Origin: Bispira polyomma
Taxonomy: Eukaryota
Reading direction: 5' to 3'
NCBI GenBank assembly: GCA_965649765.1
Contig: OZ287753.1
Coordinates: 13,888,001 to 13,952,000 of the forward strand
Length of the DNA stretch: 64,000 nucleotides
Shown one piece after another: positions 9,864-23,056 of this stretch. The notes beneath the pieces were generated by a model. That model was not told the DNA's origin. It was given only the letters and a program-made list of their open reading frames with translations, and did no database searches. A program made the translations under genes and the position numbers. Numbering within the stretch: position 1 is the first letter of the stretch; every line of letters begins with the position of its first letter.

Positions 9864-12760
9864 TTACTTTGGAGGTCTTGTTGTTATACCTGACTTAGTA
9901 GTACTGTTCTTAAATAATATATTCGTTGATTTTTCACCAAATGGTTGTTCAGGCTCTGTAGACTCATTCTGTTTTAAAATATTCTCAAATTTATTATTTT
10001 CCTTGACCAAAACATCGATTGACAGGTGACCTGCTATCTGTTCATCCTGAGTAAAATGGATGTCTTCTGAAAGGAATACCTGCTGATCATTAGTGCAATT
10101 CTTAACTAAAACTTCGGTGTCATTCTCTTCTAAAAGCAGAGGAACTTCATCAGTGACATCCCTTCTCTTTGTTGATCTCAGACAGGAGTGAAGCTTTTCA
10201 TGGGATGGTTTTAGTCTATCATGATGTACAACTTTTGGTTTTGCTGAAGGTCCACTTTGTATTTGATAAACCAAAACTGAAAACTTTCCATCACAAGAAT
10301 GAGACCTGTCCAATATGACCGTAGCTTTGGGGAATTTCCCTTTTTCCTGACTGGATTTACAGGAATACTGTACCCCCCTTCTCATACTTTTTCAAATTTT
10401 TCCGGTGATCAGAGGTGTTTTTTTTGACGATTGCTTGCATCTACCATCTTAGTACGAGCAATTTCATGAACCAGTTTCATTTTCTAACTGAGGTTATCTA
10501 CATATGAAGCAGCTAAATCTATAAGATCATCATTCTGTTCCTTTCGTCCTGTAACAAGATCAATTGGCAGAAGTGGTTCTCTCCCAAACATTATTCTATT
10601 TGGTGAATATCCAGTGGTTTCATGTTCAGCAGTTCGATGGGCCATTATCTAAGTAGGTTCTCCTACTTGATACTGTTTCATGGGTGCCCTTAGGGTTTTA
10701 TTTGGAGACTTCCTCTTATGGCAAGGGTTACACTTCCTACATCAGTGGATTACATTGGTCTTGTAACCTACCTAATAGGCTCTTCTCAGTTTTCCATTGT
10801 TTTCCTAATTCCAAGACGTCCTGAACAAATTGACTCAGGTAAACTTGTAGAGAACTCGGTCGCTAAATATTAGTATTATTACTATGGTACACGCATATGA
10901 TCCAAGTATCTGACTCCATCTATAAAGCTGACATTCTAACTCCTTGAAATTCATAAGCCATCTCAATGAACCGTGATCAGTTCTTATTTAAACGTGTACA
11001 CCATAGATGTATGGATGAAAATGGGTAACAGCTTCTTTAATTGCAAGTAATTCATGTCTGGTGACAATATAATTGCGTTCTGCCTTAGTCAACACCCTGC
11101 TGTAATATCCTATGACTTTTTCTGTTCCTTCTTGCACTTGTGATAAAATGGCTCCAATGCCAGTTCCACTTGCATCTGTGTCAAGTATAAAATCACCTTT
11201 TGGATCAGGGTAAGTCAGAATAGGAGTTGTTGTCGGTCGATATTTCAGTTGGTCAAATGCATCATGACACTACTGATTCCATCCAATGTCTGTGATTTTT
11301 CAGTTAGTCTATGCAAAGGTTTGGCAATACTTGCGAAGGACTTGATGAATTTCCTATAGTATGAACATACACCCAAGAAACTTCTGACTTCTTTAACAGA
11401 TTTTGGTTGTGGCCAATCTTTGACCACATTGGTTTTATTTGGATCAGTGGCAATCTCATCCTTTGAAACAATGTGTCCTAAAAATTTTACTTGTGGCTTC
11501 ACAATAATATCATCCAAATATATCAGACATGTATCAAACTGTAGTCCCGCTAAAATTCTTTCCATCAAGCACTCAAAACTACTTGGCGCATTTGTCAACC
11601 CAAAAGGAAGTACTTTGATTTGATAGAGGCCACTGTGACAGGTGAAGGCTGTTTTATCTCTATCATCAGGATGGACTTCCATATGCCAATAACCACTTGC
11701 AAGATCTAATGTGGAAAACCACTTACCTCCACGTATTGAGTCTAAACAGTCATCAATCCTGGGTAAAGGATCCAAATCCTTTAAAGTGACACTGTTGAGG
11801 TTCCTGTAAAATTCTAACATTTTTTGTATTTCGTCCCTCTTAGCTTGTCTCTTTGACAAGGGAAATTGATGTGGTTGTTGCTTCATTGGTTGGACACTAC
11901 CTGTATCAATTCTATGCTCTATAAGCGTTGTATGTCCTAAATCAGACTTTGATTTTGCAAAAATGTCAGAAAATTAATTTAATAATTTCCCTACTTGTGT
12001 TAATTGTTGTGCATTCAATTGATCCTTGCAGGCTGACCAGATGGTATTCAAATGCTCAGAAATAACGGCTGAGGAGGCCTGCTTAATACTGCAACATTTC
12101 CCGTCAACTGCTGGAGATGTATTGTCAATTTTGTCAACACAATGACCTATTCCTAAAATATTTTCTCTAATAAAATGGACCTCTTTGTCACGTGGATTGA
12201 AAACTTGAACAGGAACATTTCTGGAACTTGTATCTACTAATACTCTTGCCAATACAATACCCTTTGTCTTAATAAGCCTATCTTTTCCCTGTACCATTAA
12301 AAACTTTGGAAGGATGGATGACTCGTCACTCTGTAGGTAGGCTAGTAGAATCATTTCACAACTTGGTGGAATGGTTGTGTCTGAACATTATGTAATTGTA
12401 AAGATGGATAGTAGTTCGTTCTCAAGATGACAAGGAACATCCTTTCCTTTGATGCGCACCACTCTATTTCCTACATCAATAGTACAATCATTTTCAAACA
12501 GAAAATCATTCCCTAAAACTAAAGGTTCTTCAATTTCAGCGACTATCACCTGTTTTTGAAAGATCCTAGAACTAAAACTAAGTGGTAAAATCACTTCTCC
12601 TAGTGGTTGAATTCTGTTTCCATTTGCTACTTCGATGTTCTGATTGTCGGTTGCAAACTTGGTCGTCTGGAATTTGGTATACTATAGTATTTGCTTGAAT
12701 GCAAGATACTCCTGTTAGCACCTGGATCAAGTAAACAATTAATTAATGTTTCCTATTCTA
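9864..12760 (-). pseudogene. pol: Gypsy pol (protease, RT, RNase H, partly deleted integrase)
   Basis: LLDPGA (protease), PLPRIDD, LDLASGYW, PFGLTNAP, YLDD, FILDTDASG (RNase H), KVVHHDRLKP (integrase C-terminus). Confidence 0.9.
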
Positions 12761-12830
12761 GCTTTCATGTATAAACCTCCATTCCAAAACAAGTTAGGTC
12801 TTCCTTCTTCCTCCGCTGATGTACGACTTT

Positions 12831-14200
12831 CTACCTCAGCTCTTTCTGGTTTAAAGGTGGAGTCGTTGAATTTTCTTTTAAATCCTTCTTGCACTTGAAA
12901 TAGTCCCTTTTGAAATGGCCTAATTTTCCACTATAAAAACATTTTATCTTTGACTTGTCCAACTTGTAAGTAGCCTTATTTTTAGATGGTTGTTTTTGTT
13001 TTTGAATCCACAAACATATTTCATCTAATTTCTGTTCAATGGGTGAATCAGTTTGAACCATTGTGTCCCCAGTGCACTGCTCCCATAAGTTTAATATCGG
13101 AAATTTCCGTTGTCTACTCATCCTGAAGGCTTCCAATTCGATGGAAACCCATAAAGCATCATTCAGATTTCTGGCTTGACTATAAAAAACTGCCAACTCA
13201 ATTTCTCTATCATTAAGGGAATCTAAGAAACTATCTTTTGCCAAAGTTTCCCTTATATCACTTGTAGTTGGATTTGATAATCTTCCCAATTTCCTGATGT
13301 CTTGCACCAGCTCAGGTAATGATTTATTTACCTTTCTAATTCTGTTCTTCAATTGTGCCCTGTAAAGTTGTGTTTAGTTGTCTGGCTCAAACCTTACTTT
13401 CACGGCAAACAACAAATTATCATAAATTCTTCTTTCTGTTGGCCGACGGTCACTCAAAACAGCAACAGCTGAACCACGCAAACAAGCAGCAAGCTCTTTA
13501 GTCATGGTATTTCTATCCTAACTATTCATTTCTGAAACTAATTCAAATTGAACCAAAAATTAATGGAAACATCCAGATTTGTAGGAGCAAAACTTGCCCA
13601 TATATTGGTTGGCTGTTCTATTTTTCCGTTTTGATTGTCTCAAAATGTTTCCGTAGGTTGGATGTCTTGCAGATCAGGCATAATGTTAATTGAAAATCCC
13701 CTAGGGGATGTGTACATCTGCTGACCAGGAGACATGCTCCTACAATGATCAGAATACCTGCCAAAATCCATACCACGCCGATCACAATCTAGAAGTGGTG
13801 TCTGAACCCAATGACCCTCTGTACATTCAAAAGAATGTGGCGTAAACTCCTCTGAATGGGCATTACCCTTGTAAGGAGTACTGTGTACCTGAACATAACC
13901 CTTACCAGCTAACTCCCTGATTATCTCAAAATCTCTACTAGGATTCTCTAGCCTGTATCCAGTTTCTGTAAAACCAACATGTCTCTGGTAGTTTTTATCC
14001 CTATGGTTAAAAACTAAATCCCTATTTACAGCAGCAAGTGTGACATTAGGATGAGCTGACCGAACCATGGGTTTGCTTCGGTCCCCTGCTACATTGCCTC
14101 TGTTAACACTAAAACAATCATCTTTAGCATCCTCTAATATATTCATGTTAACAACAAAATCTGAGGACTGTGATTCTAATTTCATGCTGTTTCTAAACAA
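12831..14200 (-). pseudogene. gag: Gypsy gag (disrupted)
   Basis: ORFs 13640-14200 and 12831-13352; LAKDSFLDSL; degenerate knuckle CFYSGKLGHFKRDY. Confidence 0.8.
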
Positions 14201-15217
14201 AACTTATCTACATTAAAAAAAATATACAATATCTGCAAGAAAATAAACAACAGGAGAATGGCCTGGCGGCCATATCATGATAATGCCACTAAAAGCAAGT
14301 TACTGACCACTCTTATCTTGTTCATATTGTGACACATATAGCTTCTGTAACTTTTATCCTTTAAAATACTCCAGTTAACCTGTATGCAATATATTGGGTT
14401 CACAATATTTTTTTCCTCAGCTTGATACAGTAAGTATTCTAAAATTTGCTCCTGTATCTAAAATTTGCCACCCTTAAAATTTAAGGCAAATAAATAAAAA
14501 CTGGAAAAAAATAACTGGTAAGGAAGGCAAATATTAGTCATAAAAATATCAATTGAAGCAAATATTAACCACAATTCTACCCAAAACACAATATTTTCTA
14601 GGTGGCGAATTTCAGATGGTGGCAAATTTTATATTCCTTACAGCTACAACCACCAATCAACCAAAGTATGTATATATATATATATATATATATCTTCCCA
14701 AACCTAATGTTTGTCATATACTGTATATATATTCCTTTTGAAACCATTTGAAATGGGCGGTAATAGACCCTTTAATCAAATCTGAGGCTCCCAATATATA
14801 AAACTTGAATAACTTCTACTATACTGCACATAATCACACCAAATTCATTTTGGACCAACTAGAGACAATAGAGTGTATATATACTAAATATAAGAGCACA
14901 ACTCCCTACAGATTCAGAGATTACCCTGGTGACACGTCGTAACCATGTGTAACCAAGGGTCTTCCACTATCTCCTTCTTTCTCCAGGAAAACATGATTAT
15001 GCCAATAAGCATTGGCATAATCATGCAAAAAAGTTACCTTTATTTGCAATAAATATCAATTCCAAAATATAAATATATTTTGTTCTAACTCTGGTGAAAT
15101 CTCAGTTAAAGCTGGATGATCTTTCACATATAATGTTGGTTGTTCAACTTCGAGTTGGTTGAAAGGATCAACTTCTAGTTGGCTGATAGATTCTATGAGT
15201 CTTGGTAGACCAGTTAA

Positions 15218-15234
15218 TCCCAGCACTGCCACCA
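15218..15234 (-). promoter_or_regulatory. Primer-binding site, tRNA-Leu-like
   Basis: TGGTGGCAGTGCTGGGA lies 4 nt inside the 5' LTR boundary and is complementary to a tRNA-Leu-type 3' end. Confidence 0.8.
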
Positions 15235-15238
15235 AATA

Positions 15239-15976
15239 TGTAGCGTGCCAAGGGTCTGGTGGTCCGTGAATGTGAATATTTAATAGTTATTGCATATAAT
15301 ATACAGTACAGGAAAACATTGAAACAACAAACTCTAAGACATGTCAGTTTAATTAATCATAAGTTGCTACAAACAAATTAAACACATCCAGTCTAAGTCT
15401 AAAACAGGAAAAATATAAATCTCAAGCAATACAAGTTAATAAAACACTAAGTATGTATTAGTAAAGCAAGCAAATCTATGCAAGTCAAACAAAGATTTAA
15501 AGCAGTAGACTAACCTAGCTATCAAAATAAAATGCTAAGTCCTACTAATTAATTACAGTCAACTAGTTGCTACAAACTATGTTCATTCCCAGATGACCGG
15601 ACTGACATCTTCAGAGAGTGATAAATTTAGTGGTGTGTATCCTAAACTACGTAAATATAATTATTTGAGATGTTAAATTCCAATGGCTACAAATCTAAAG
15701 GTGTCTAGATTCCTAAAGTGTAAACTGCCTATTAGACTCTGAATTCTTAGCAGGTTTACATTAAACTGCCTCTATGTAACTAAACATTCTGTCCGTTGGA
15801 TTAGTATTCCTACCTAAACCTTTCTCTGTCCATCTTGCAGTATATAATGGCTGATGTAGGTTGATCTAGGTTGATGTTGGTGGGTTGGTCTTCTCTCTAA
15901 AAATGCAACATTGAGCCCTGTTTTGTGTACCCTTTTATACTACCCAAATCTCGCCAACGAACAAGATCTAGTAACC
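15239..15976 (-). repeat. 5' LTR of Gypsy element 1
   Basis: Roughly 90% similar by eye to 8147-8824, with an extra ~47-bp segment near 15564-15610. Confidence 0.9.
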
Positions 15977-16420
15977 ACCCCCCCCCCCTCCCACACACAC
16001 ACAGCCCACCCTCACCCCTACCCTACATACACACACACACGAATTGAATTTTTGGTATAACAAAAAAAACACCCCTGTTAGTGTTTTTATCCAGTAAATA
16101 AGACTATACTAGTTTTATAGCCAGTAAATTTTGCCAACTCATAAGTTTATATATTTCGACACCTGAAATAAAGCATATTTATCAACCGTTTTTATTACAC
16201 CATTTAATGAATACAAAGAATAGCCTACATATGCATAACGGTTTAACACTTGTTAATTGATTCTATTTCAGGTAATTAATAATGGCATGCCTTGTCAACG
16301 AAACGGTGAAATGGTGAAGTATTTTATATGTAATTCTTATTTCGGTGTCAAAATTGCTTCCCCTGAATAGGGTGCCGTTTTTAAACGGTTCCTGGTGTTG
16401 ACGGCGTGTAGACGTCTTAA

Positions 16421-17707
16421 GGGGTGAATATACATGTCTGATTTTGCTACCAAATCCATCATCCGATGTCCGTTTCCGTCATCCCAAAAAATAAAATCAA
16501 AGAAAACTGAAAAGTAAGATACTCCTGGTCAACATTACCTCCACATTAGGAGCCAAATGTTCAAAATCGGTCCAAGACCGTTTTTTTTTTCAGATGACGG
16601 ACGAACGAGAAGGTAAAAGTAATTTTGTGATTTTTTTTCAAAACATGACTGTCCCACAAAAAATATCACAAAGAGAAGATGACCAGTTCCTACCCAACTC
16701 TGTTCCAAGCCAAAACAACCCTAAACACTCAGTCAAGTTCAAATCTTTATTTTCCAATGTGATGTCGGTATGACGTTTTCAAGGTTGATACAGGCTCGGG
16801 TGATACAATGAACCGTGAATACGTATATGAAAACTGTTGTAGTTTTTCAATGTAGTAGAATTTTCAATGTTCTTAGTGTCAATTTTATATAATATTTACA
16901 ATCACTGGTCTCTCACCTCTGGCATCGGCTGGCATAATATTCAAGACAGAAAGCTGTTAAAAGGTGTGATAAACGTAAACTATGGACCTTACACAACATA
17001 GTGGTATATTGAACTAGATTTTAGTGCTTTATAAATACGACTTTGAAGTTAATTCTTTGATGTGCCAACTCTGTATATTTTGGCTTTCAGATTTGCATTG
17101 TCACGTAAAAATGGAAGGTTTTGAAACGAAAACAAAGACTATATAGAGTTTGGGGTAGTTTAATATTGTAATAGTAAACAAATTAATACATCAATTGTTT
17201 ACAATTTAGATACATATAAAATATAAGAATTATACAATATTATTGTGTACAAAACCCGATTTTTAGAGAGGTAGAAGTTTGAAGTTGAAGCCAATTCTTT
17301 AAGGTGACAAGTCAGTACTTTTTTTTTATTTTGCCATGAATTTTCAATATGACTAAAGAAGATAAGAAGCACAATACTCGCCCCACTCTTTCGTCATATA
17401 TGTTTAAATATGCACCACTCGTGTAGTTTTACTATTATATCAAATCTATATATATGTATATATATCTATGTATCTTCAGTGTCATTATCATAAGATTATT
17501 TAATATATAAAATACATATTTTGTAATCCCTGCTAACAACTATGTAACGTACAACACGTACACAATATTATTTACATTCGAACACTAGTAAAAGAAATCA
17601 ATACTAAAAAAAAACAAAAACGGCCAGTTTTTCTGATGTCGTGTATCAGCAAATTCGGACGTCGGATGACGGATTCGGGAGCCAAATCGGACATGTATAT
17701 TCTCCCC
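16421..17707. mobile_element. Non-autonomous DNA transposon with ~52-bp TIRs, Kolobok-like termini
   Basis: GGGGTGAATATACATGTC.. at 16421 is the inverse of ..GACATGTATATTCTCCCC ending at 17707. Flanks are TTAA / TTTA. Most mismatches between TIRs are at CpGs. Confidence 0.7.
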
Positions 17708-18480
17708 TTTACTTGTACATGGTGCCTTGTACATATATGGATTGAATACTGTCGCAGGAAAAATATACCCAGGGCCACTTTGTTGAGATTGTGTAATCAA
17801 AGCCACATGTTCATTGTTGCATAAAAATAGAGAGCATTGTTAGACACATTTACACACGGCCACATACAGGTATGTATTGTCACATAGAATGCAGTACTCA
17901 CAAAGGAATTTGTGTCTCTGAAGGTAAAATCAAATAGACGTGGATATTTGTGTGGATAAAAAGAACAAAATATATTTAAAAGTGGGTGTGGGAAAAAGAG
18001 CTACTTTACCCAGATATTGTTGTAAGATATTGAGCTTTATTTTGTAAATTACTATCTTATATTTTCTGGGTGGTGTGTTTATACAATTTAGGGCCAAACT
18101 TTACAATAACAACAGTAAACATGTCTCTGGCCAGTTATTTTACCGATTTTTACCGGTTTTGACATATAATTAATAAGAACGGAGTCGTAATAAGAAAACC
18201 TTAAGGGCTGTATTTAAAAAGTATCTTTAGTCTTAAGTTAGTGTTAATAAGCTTAACCTCTAGGTCTGAAATATTTTAGACTGACTACTGTTAGTCTTAA
18301 TATTAAGTGCAAAGTTATCACTATGCAAAGATCTTTTCTTACACCGGTGGACAGTCATACGAATGGGCCAGTCATACCGGACATAAATTGCTTGATGAAC
18401 AAAGGTTAACTACAAATACATACATTGACTATTTTATACTAGATATATGGTCTTAGTTGGGAACTAGACCTGTCCGTGCT

Positions 18481-19423
18481 TACCCGCACCCGTGTCCGTA
18501 CCCGTGTATATTTTCACGGGTGACAACCAGACATTTGACCACACATACAGCAAAAATAATCGATTTACGTCGTTCCCGTCCGCATCCGTAGAAAAAGGCT
18601 TTGGAAGCTTTCTTTATGGATGCGGGTGGAAATGGTTAACTACATAGCTTTCACCCGTGAATTTTTACACGGGTGCGGATTAAAATTCTAATCTCGCCTA
18701 GGCAAAATCAAATTTTAATCTTGCCTAGGCAGATTTAAAATCCGCCTAGACCAAATTAAAATTTTGATTTTGTCTAGGTGGATTTAAAATCCGACTGCGC
18801 GAGATTAAAATAAGGAAAATTAAAATTTTAGATTGAGGCAAATTTTAATTAGTTTATTTATGTATGCAGTAAATGTATGGATAACAACCTTAACATTAAA
18901 CTTATTTTATTTCTTTTTAAAGCACTTTCCATTCATGGTTCAAAGCATTAATTCATACATGGAATATTATAGTACCTGCATTAATTAAAATGCTGTATAC
19001 CTAGGTAAAATTTAAACTTGACCACACCAATAATTTATTTTGTTTTGTTTACCCTAAACTACATTAAAATCCAATGTTTTTTACTGGCTTAATATGTATT
19101 ATTAGTGTATTATCTGTGTAATATTTCCTTATTAGGGGTAGTATATGGGTTTCAAAAGGTTTGGAATTGTATTTATTGGTAAAGTACTGAAGTATACAAC
19201 ACAAAGGATTATTGAAATAATTAAATTAATATTATTTATAGTGTGTCTATTGTTGTCTGTCTGTTATTTGTTTTACCTTTTTGACCACCTATTGTTAATT
19301 GTCATTAATTGGTTTAGCAATTGTCTTTATCTCAGTACCTCCCCTGATTTGTATACTGCCCTGATCAATTTCAATTTGCTCTGGGCAGATTTTAAATCCG
19401 CCCAGGCGAGATTAAAATTCTAT
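18481..19423. repeat. Cluster of short palindromic/inverted repeats (MITE remnants)
   Basis: 18496-18523 is inverted at 18652-18680. Repeated 'atctcgcctaggc' / 'gatttaaaatccgcc' units at 18681-18830 have an inverted counterpart at 19381-19423. Confidence 0.6.
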
Positions 19424-19732
19424 TAAGATAAACTTGGAAATATTGATTTCGCCTTGGCCTGGATTTTAATATATATATATATGAAATAATAAATTAAATA
19501 TTTATAACACATTAATTTCTTTGATTTTTATGCCAGTGCTCCCCCAAGATTAACCTACATGACACTTAACGTCATCATGAGGTCATCAAAAGATGTAAGC
19601 TAGTAAACTATGGGATATTTACGAATAAATATTTATTTAAAATTTGCTTTTAACACATAATTCTTCCGCTTACTCTTTGTATATTATTTCGATAGCAGTG
19701 TCCATAATGACTGTCCACTTCATATTGAAAAT

Positions 19733-20107
19733 TAGACTCAGTTTTCTGTCCTCGGCAATGCTTTGATTTACCGATGTACCCATATCGGGGGACAGAGTGG
19801 TCTACTATAGCAAATCATTGTAAATGTGTAACGGCACATATACCAGACAAAATCAATAATGTTTCTATGTAGTTTGTGGTTATATTGATAAATATAATAG
19901 CTGTATATATATAACTTATGGGCAACTACAAGGACTTGATTAAATAAATATCCTTATTGGAAAATATTGACGTATATTTGTATATATTGTATAGTATATA
20001 GTAAACTACCGTTACAGATTTATAACGATTTGCTATAGTAAGCAACTCTGTCCCTCGCCGTGCCGTCAGTTATTTAAAGCATCAGCGAGGACAGAAAACT
20101 CGGTCTA
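19733..20107. mobile_element. MITE with ~105-bp TIRs and 9-bp TSD (AcademH- or MULE-like)
   Basis: TAGAC...GTCTA termini. ATTGAAAAT at 19724-19732 and 20108-20116. Confidence 0.8.
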
Positions 20108-20595
20108 ATTGAAAATCTTCCTATGTACATACAATGAATTTTGTGCAGTTAATAGTCACAATTAATTATTGCCTCTGCTTCTCATTACTTAAAGTTTATA
20201 CTATTATATGAAATGTTACCTCTAATTTTAGTAGTTCATTTCATGGTATGTTTTTAAGAATAACTTATATCTGTCACGTTTCTACAGCAGCATTTTAAGG
20301 GCGTCACATGATTTTTGTTTACATCAATACCCCATTTCTGGTACAGATTCACGTATGACGTGGCCTTAGTATGTAAGTGGTGACACTTATCTATTTTCTT
20401 ATTGTTTAAGTCATATAATTGTAACAAAGATTGTGTAAAGAAATGGTAAAATATATACATCACCTTGCTGAGTTTTAGTTTCTAATTGTGTGTAATAGAG
20501 ATACGACAGACCTGTTTAATACACAAGCCAATGTCAATCCTCTTCTTTGTGCCTTTATATAGGTTGCCATTTTATCTGTGTTTACTAACGTACCA

Positions 20596-20856
20596 GGGCC
20601 GCGGTGGCCTAGTGGTTAGCAAGCATTGCGCTTCACAATCACTGGTCTCTCACCTCTGGGTGGTGTGAGTTCGACTCCCGTCAATGTCTATGTGGGAAAG
20701 TTGGTAGTTCCTTACTGTGGGCCACTGGTTTCAGTGCAGAACCTTGATTAACTGTATGCAGTGTTTCCTCCAGCGTTTCCAACTACCCGTCCCACTATAA
20801 CCTAAAACAGGTACTAGAGTGGACATTAAATATCCGAATTCAAAAAAAAAAAAAAA
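20596..20856 (+). mobile_element. tRNA-derived SINE, full length
   Basis: Same family as 7402, with a poly-A tail. 14-bp TSD TTACTAACGTACCA. Confidence 0.95.
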
Positions 20857-21739
20857 TTACTAACGTACCACGAAACCTCTACTTCTTTGATGTGTGCATT
20901 ATCTCTGCAACGTATTTGTTACGGTAACGTTTTATGCATATGTGAGTTGCAAACGTAGCACAAACCCTCTCTAATATATTGCCTCTCTTTTCCTTTATTC
21001 GATAAAAATATCCAAATGACTGTCCACCCCTATACTGTCACTGGGACTAACATCAAAATCCTAACCTTCTAGGGCCAAAATCAATAAGCAAAATCTTAAA
21101 AGTTAAGAGTTAGTTGACCCCATGACCTTTTGTGAATGTGACCCAAGTTAGTTAACAAAATAATAAATATACTTATTACTTTGGGAAAGTGGTATGACCT
21201 TGCTAGACATTTTTGCCAAGATGATATTTTTGGCATCAGCACAATGACATACTTTTAACCAAAGCAAAGACGTGGGAATGTTTGATAAAAAGTCTAGCTG
21301 TACGAATAATACCAAAGCATAGTAGTCTATTCAATTTAAAGACGTATAAAGACTTTTTTTAATATATTAAACAAATTCAACTGGGATACCAGAGTTTCCA
21401 TATGCCTTATGTCATCTGACAAAAACTTCTAATGTACACAAACTTTCGACAAGCTTTGCACTAATGTGTTGGTGAAGATCTTTTAATATAATCTTGGTTA
21501 ATGCATTGAGATGAATTATTTGTGATTTTTACTCTGCTTGTAATGTTTGCTGTAATTGTCCAAGTGCTGTCCTCCTGTATGTGTTCTATTAATGCTTCAT
21601 CAAAATAAAAATATGGAACAAACCATGCATATAGTATTGTAATTTGTATTTTTAACAACATACTGATGCAAGGCATCTTCTAAGCACAACAACAGAATCA
21701 ATCATTGTAGAAGTCCAAAAAACAAAGCCAGGTCATAAG

Positions 21740-22285
21740 AAAGGATGTGTAGGTGTACAGGGAGGGACTTAATGGGGGTAAGCAATTTTGAATAAATGTG
21801 TTTTAAGTTTTCTCCGAAACCTAGAAAGTGTTTCTAGCGATCTAAGCTTAACTGGGAGACCATTCCATGATGTAGGGGGAGTGATTGAGAAAGCTCTAGA
21901 TCCAGCCTTCTTGGTGGGTTTAACAGAGGAAACAGGGGGCCGCGGTGGCCTAGTGGTTAGCAAGCATTGCGCTTCACAATCACTGGTCTCTCACCTCTGG
22001 GCGGCGTGAGTTCGAATCCCGTCGACGCCTATGTGGGAAAGGTGGTAGTTCCTTACTGTGAGCCGCTGGTTTCTCTGCAGAACCTTGACCGACTGTATGC
22101 AGTGTTTCCTCCAGCGTTTCCAACTACCCGTCCCAATATAACCTACTAAAAGGTACTAGAGTGGACGTTAAATATCCAAATTCATTAATCATTAACAGAG
22201 GAAACAGAAAGTCGCTTTCCTCTCTTTAGGTTACTGAAGGAAAGAACAGTAGCAAGGTAGGAGGACTGTTGGGAGTCAACTGCCA
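21740..22285 (-). mobile_element. L2-group LINE 3' end, interrupted by a SINE
   Basis: AGSRAFSITPPTSWNGLP...FRRKLKTHLFKIAYP. The LINE resumes after the SINE TSD at 22208. Confidence 0.85.
21936..22191 (+). mobile_element. tRNA-derived SINE inserted in a LINE fragment
   Basis: 16-bp TSD TTAACAGAGGAAACAG (21920-21935, 22192-22207). Confidence 0.95.
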
Positions 22286-22953
22286 GAAAAAGACGTGACA
22301 TGGATTTTAAAGAGAATTAGGTAATAAATAATATACTCTTGCTTTTAATTCCCTGTTTGACATATATGTGGTATGGTAAGCGGTACCAGTAACTTATCTT
22401 TCCACCTGTTAAATCGACTGCTCCATCTTGGGGAACTATATTGCATGAGTTTGAAGAGATACGTGTAAAGTTCTTTCTGTAACACAGAAACTGTTTCTAG
22501 TGATTAAGAAAGCGCCAGATCCAGCCATCTTAGTAGGTTTTACAGAGGAAATGCTAGGAAGAGTTACAGTAGTGAAAATAGTTGTAAATGGACGGAAACA
22601 GCCGATTACTGGACAGAAGAGTTACAGTAGTAATTCGGCGACACTCGGAAACTGGCAGAAGCACTTTACCGTCTTTTATCCACCTTGGTGAGGAGGACGT
22701 TTTGACCCTTCCCACAACTTCTACCTCACACTCCACAGATTTGACTTCGGAGCTCATTTGTTAAGTTGCCTCTTCTCACAAGTGGATTTAGAGCGACATA
22801 TAATTTCTGTCCACATAACAGATGGTATGGGAGGGTATATAACTTCTATCATATTATACTTAACTTGTATCTTTAGACACATCAAAGTTTGGGTAACATG
22901 TAAATAGATTTTTGCATGTATCAGTATTTGATTATATGTTTGCAGGCTCAAGA

Positions 22954-23056
22954 ATGTTTAAGACAGAGACATATAGACTTGCCTTTGTGTTGATAATGTG
23001 CTTGGCAATATGCTGTGGAATATTCCTACCTAGATTAGTCTTGCATTTAAATAGAG
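22954..23056 (+). CDS. Sulfotransferase exon with start codon and transmembrane anchor
   Basis: Acceptor TTTGCAG (22945); MFKTETYRLAFVLIMCLAICCGIFLPRLVLHLNR; donor AG|GTAAAT; phase 1. Confidence 0.7.

Larger units (their letters stand above)
8147..15976 (-). mobile_element. Gypsy (Ty3/Metaviridae) LTR retrotransposon, decayed, with an extra 3' ORF
   Basis: Paired LTRs, PBS, and gag-PR-RT-RH-IN remnants in Gypsy order with many stops and frameshifts. No TSD recognisable. Confidence 0.95.

Noticed and set aside
15977-16040. Poly-C/(CA)n tract at the LTR end
   Set aside because: Ordinary microsatellite. It only explains why the LTR terminus and TSD are obscured.
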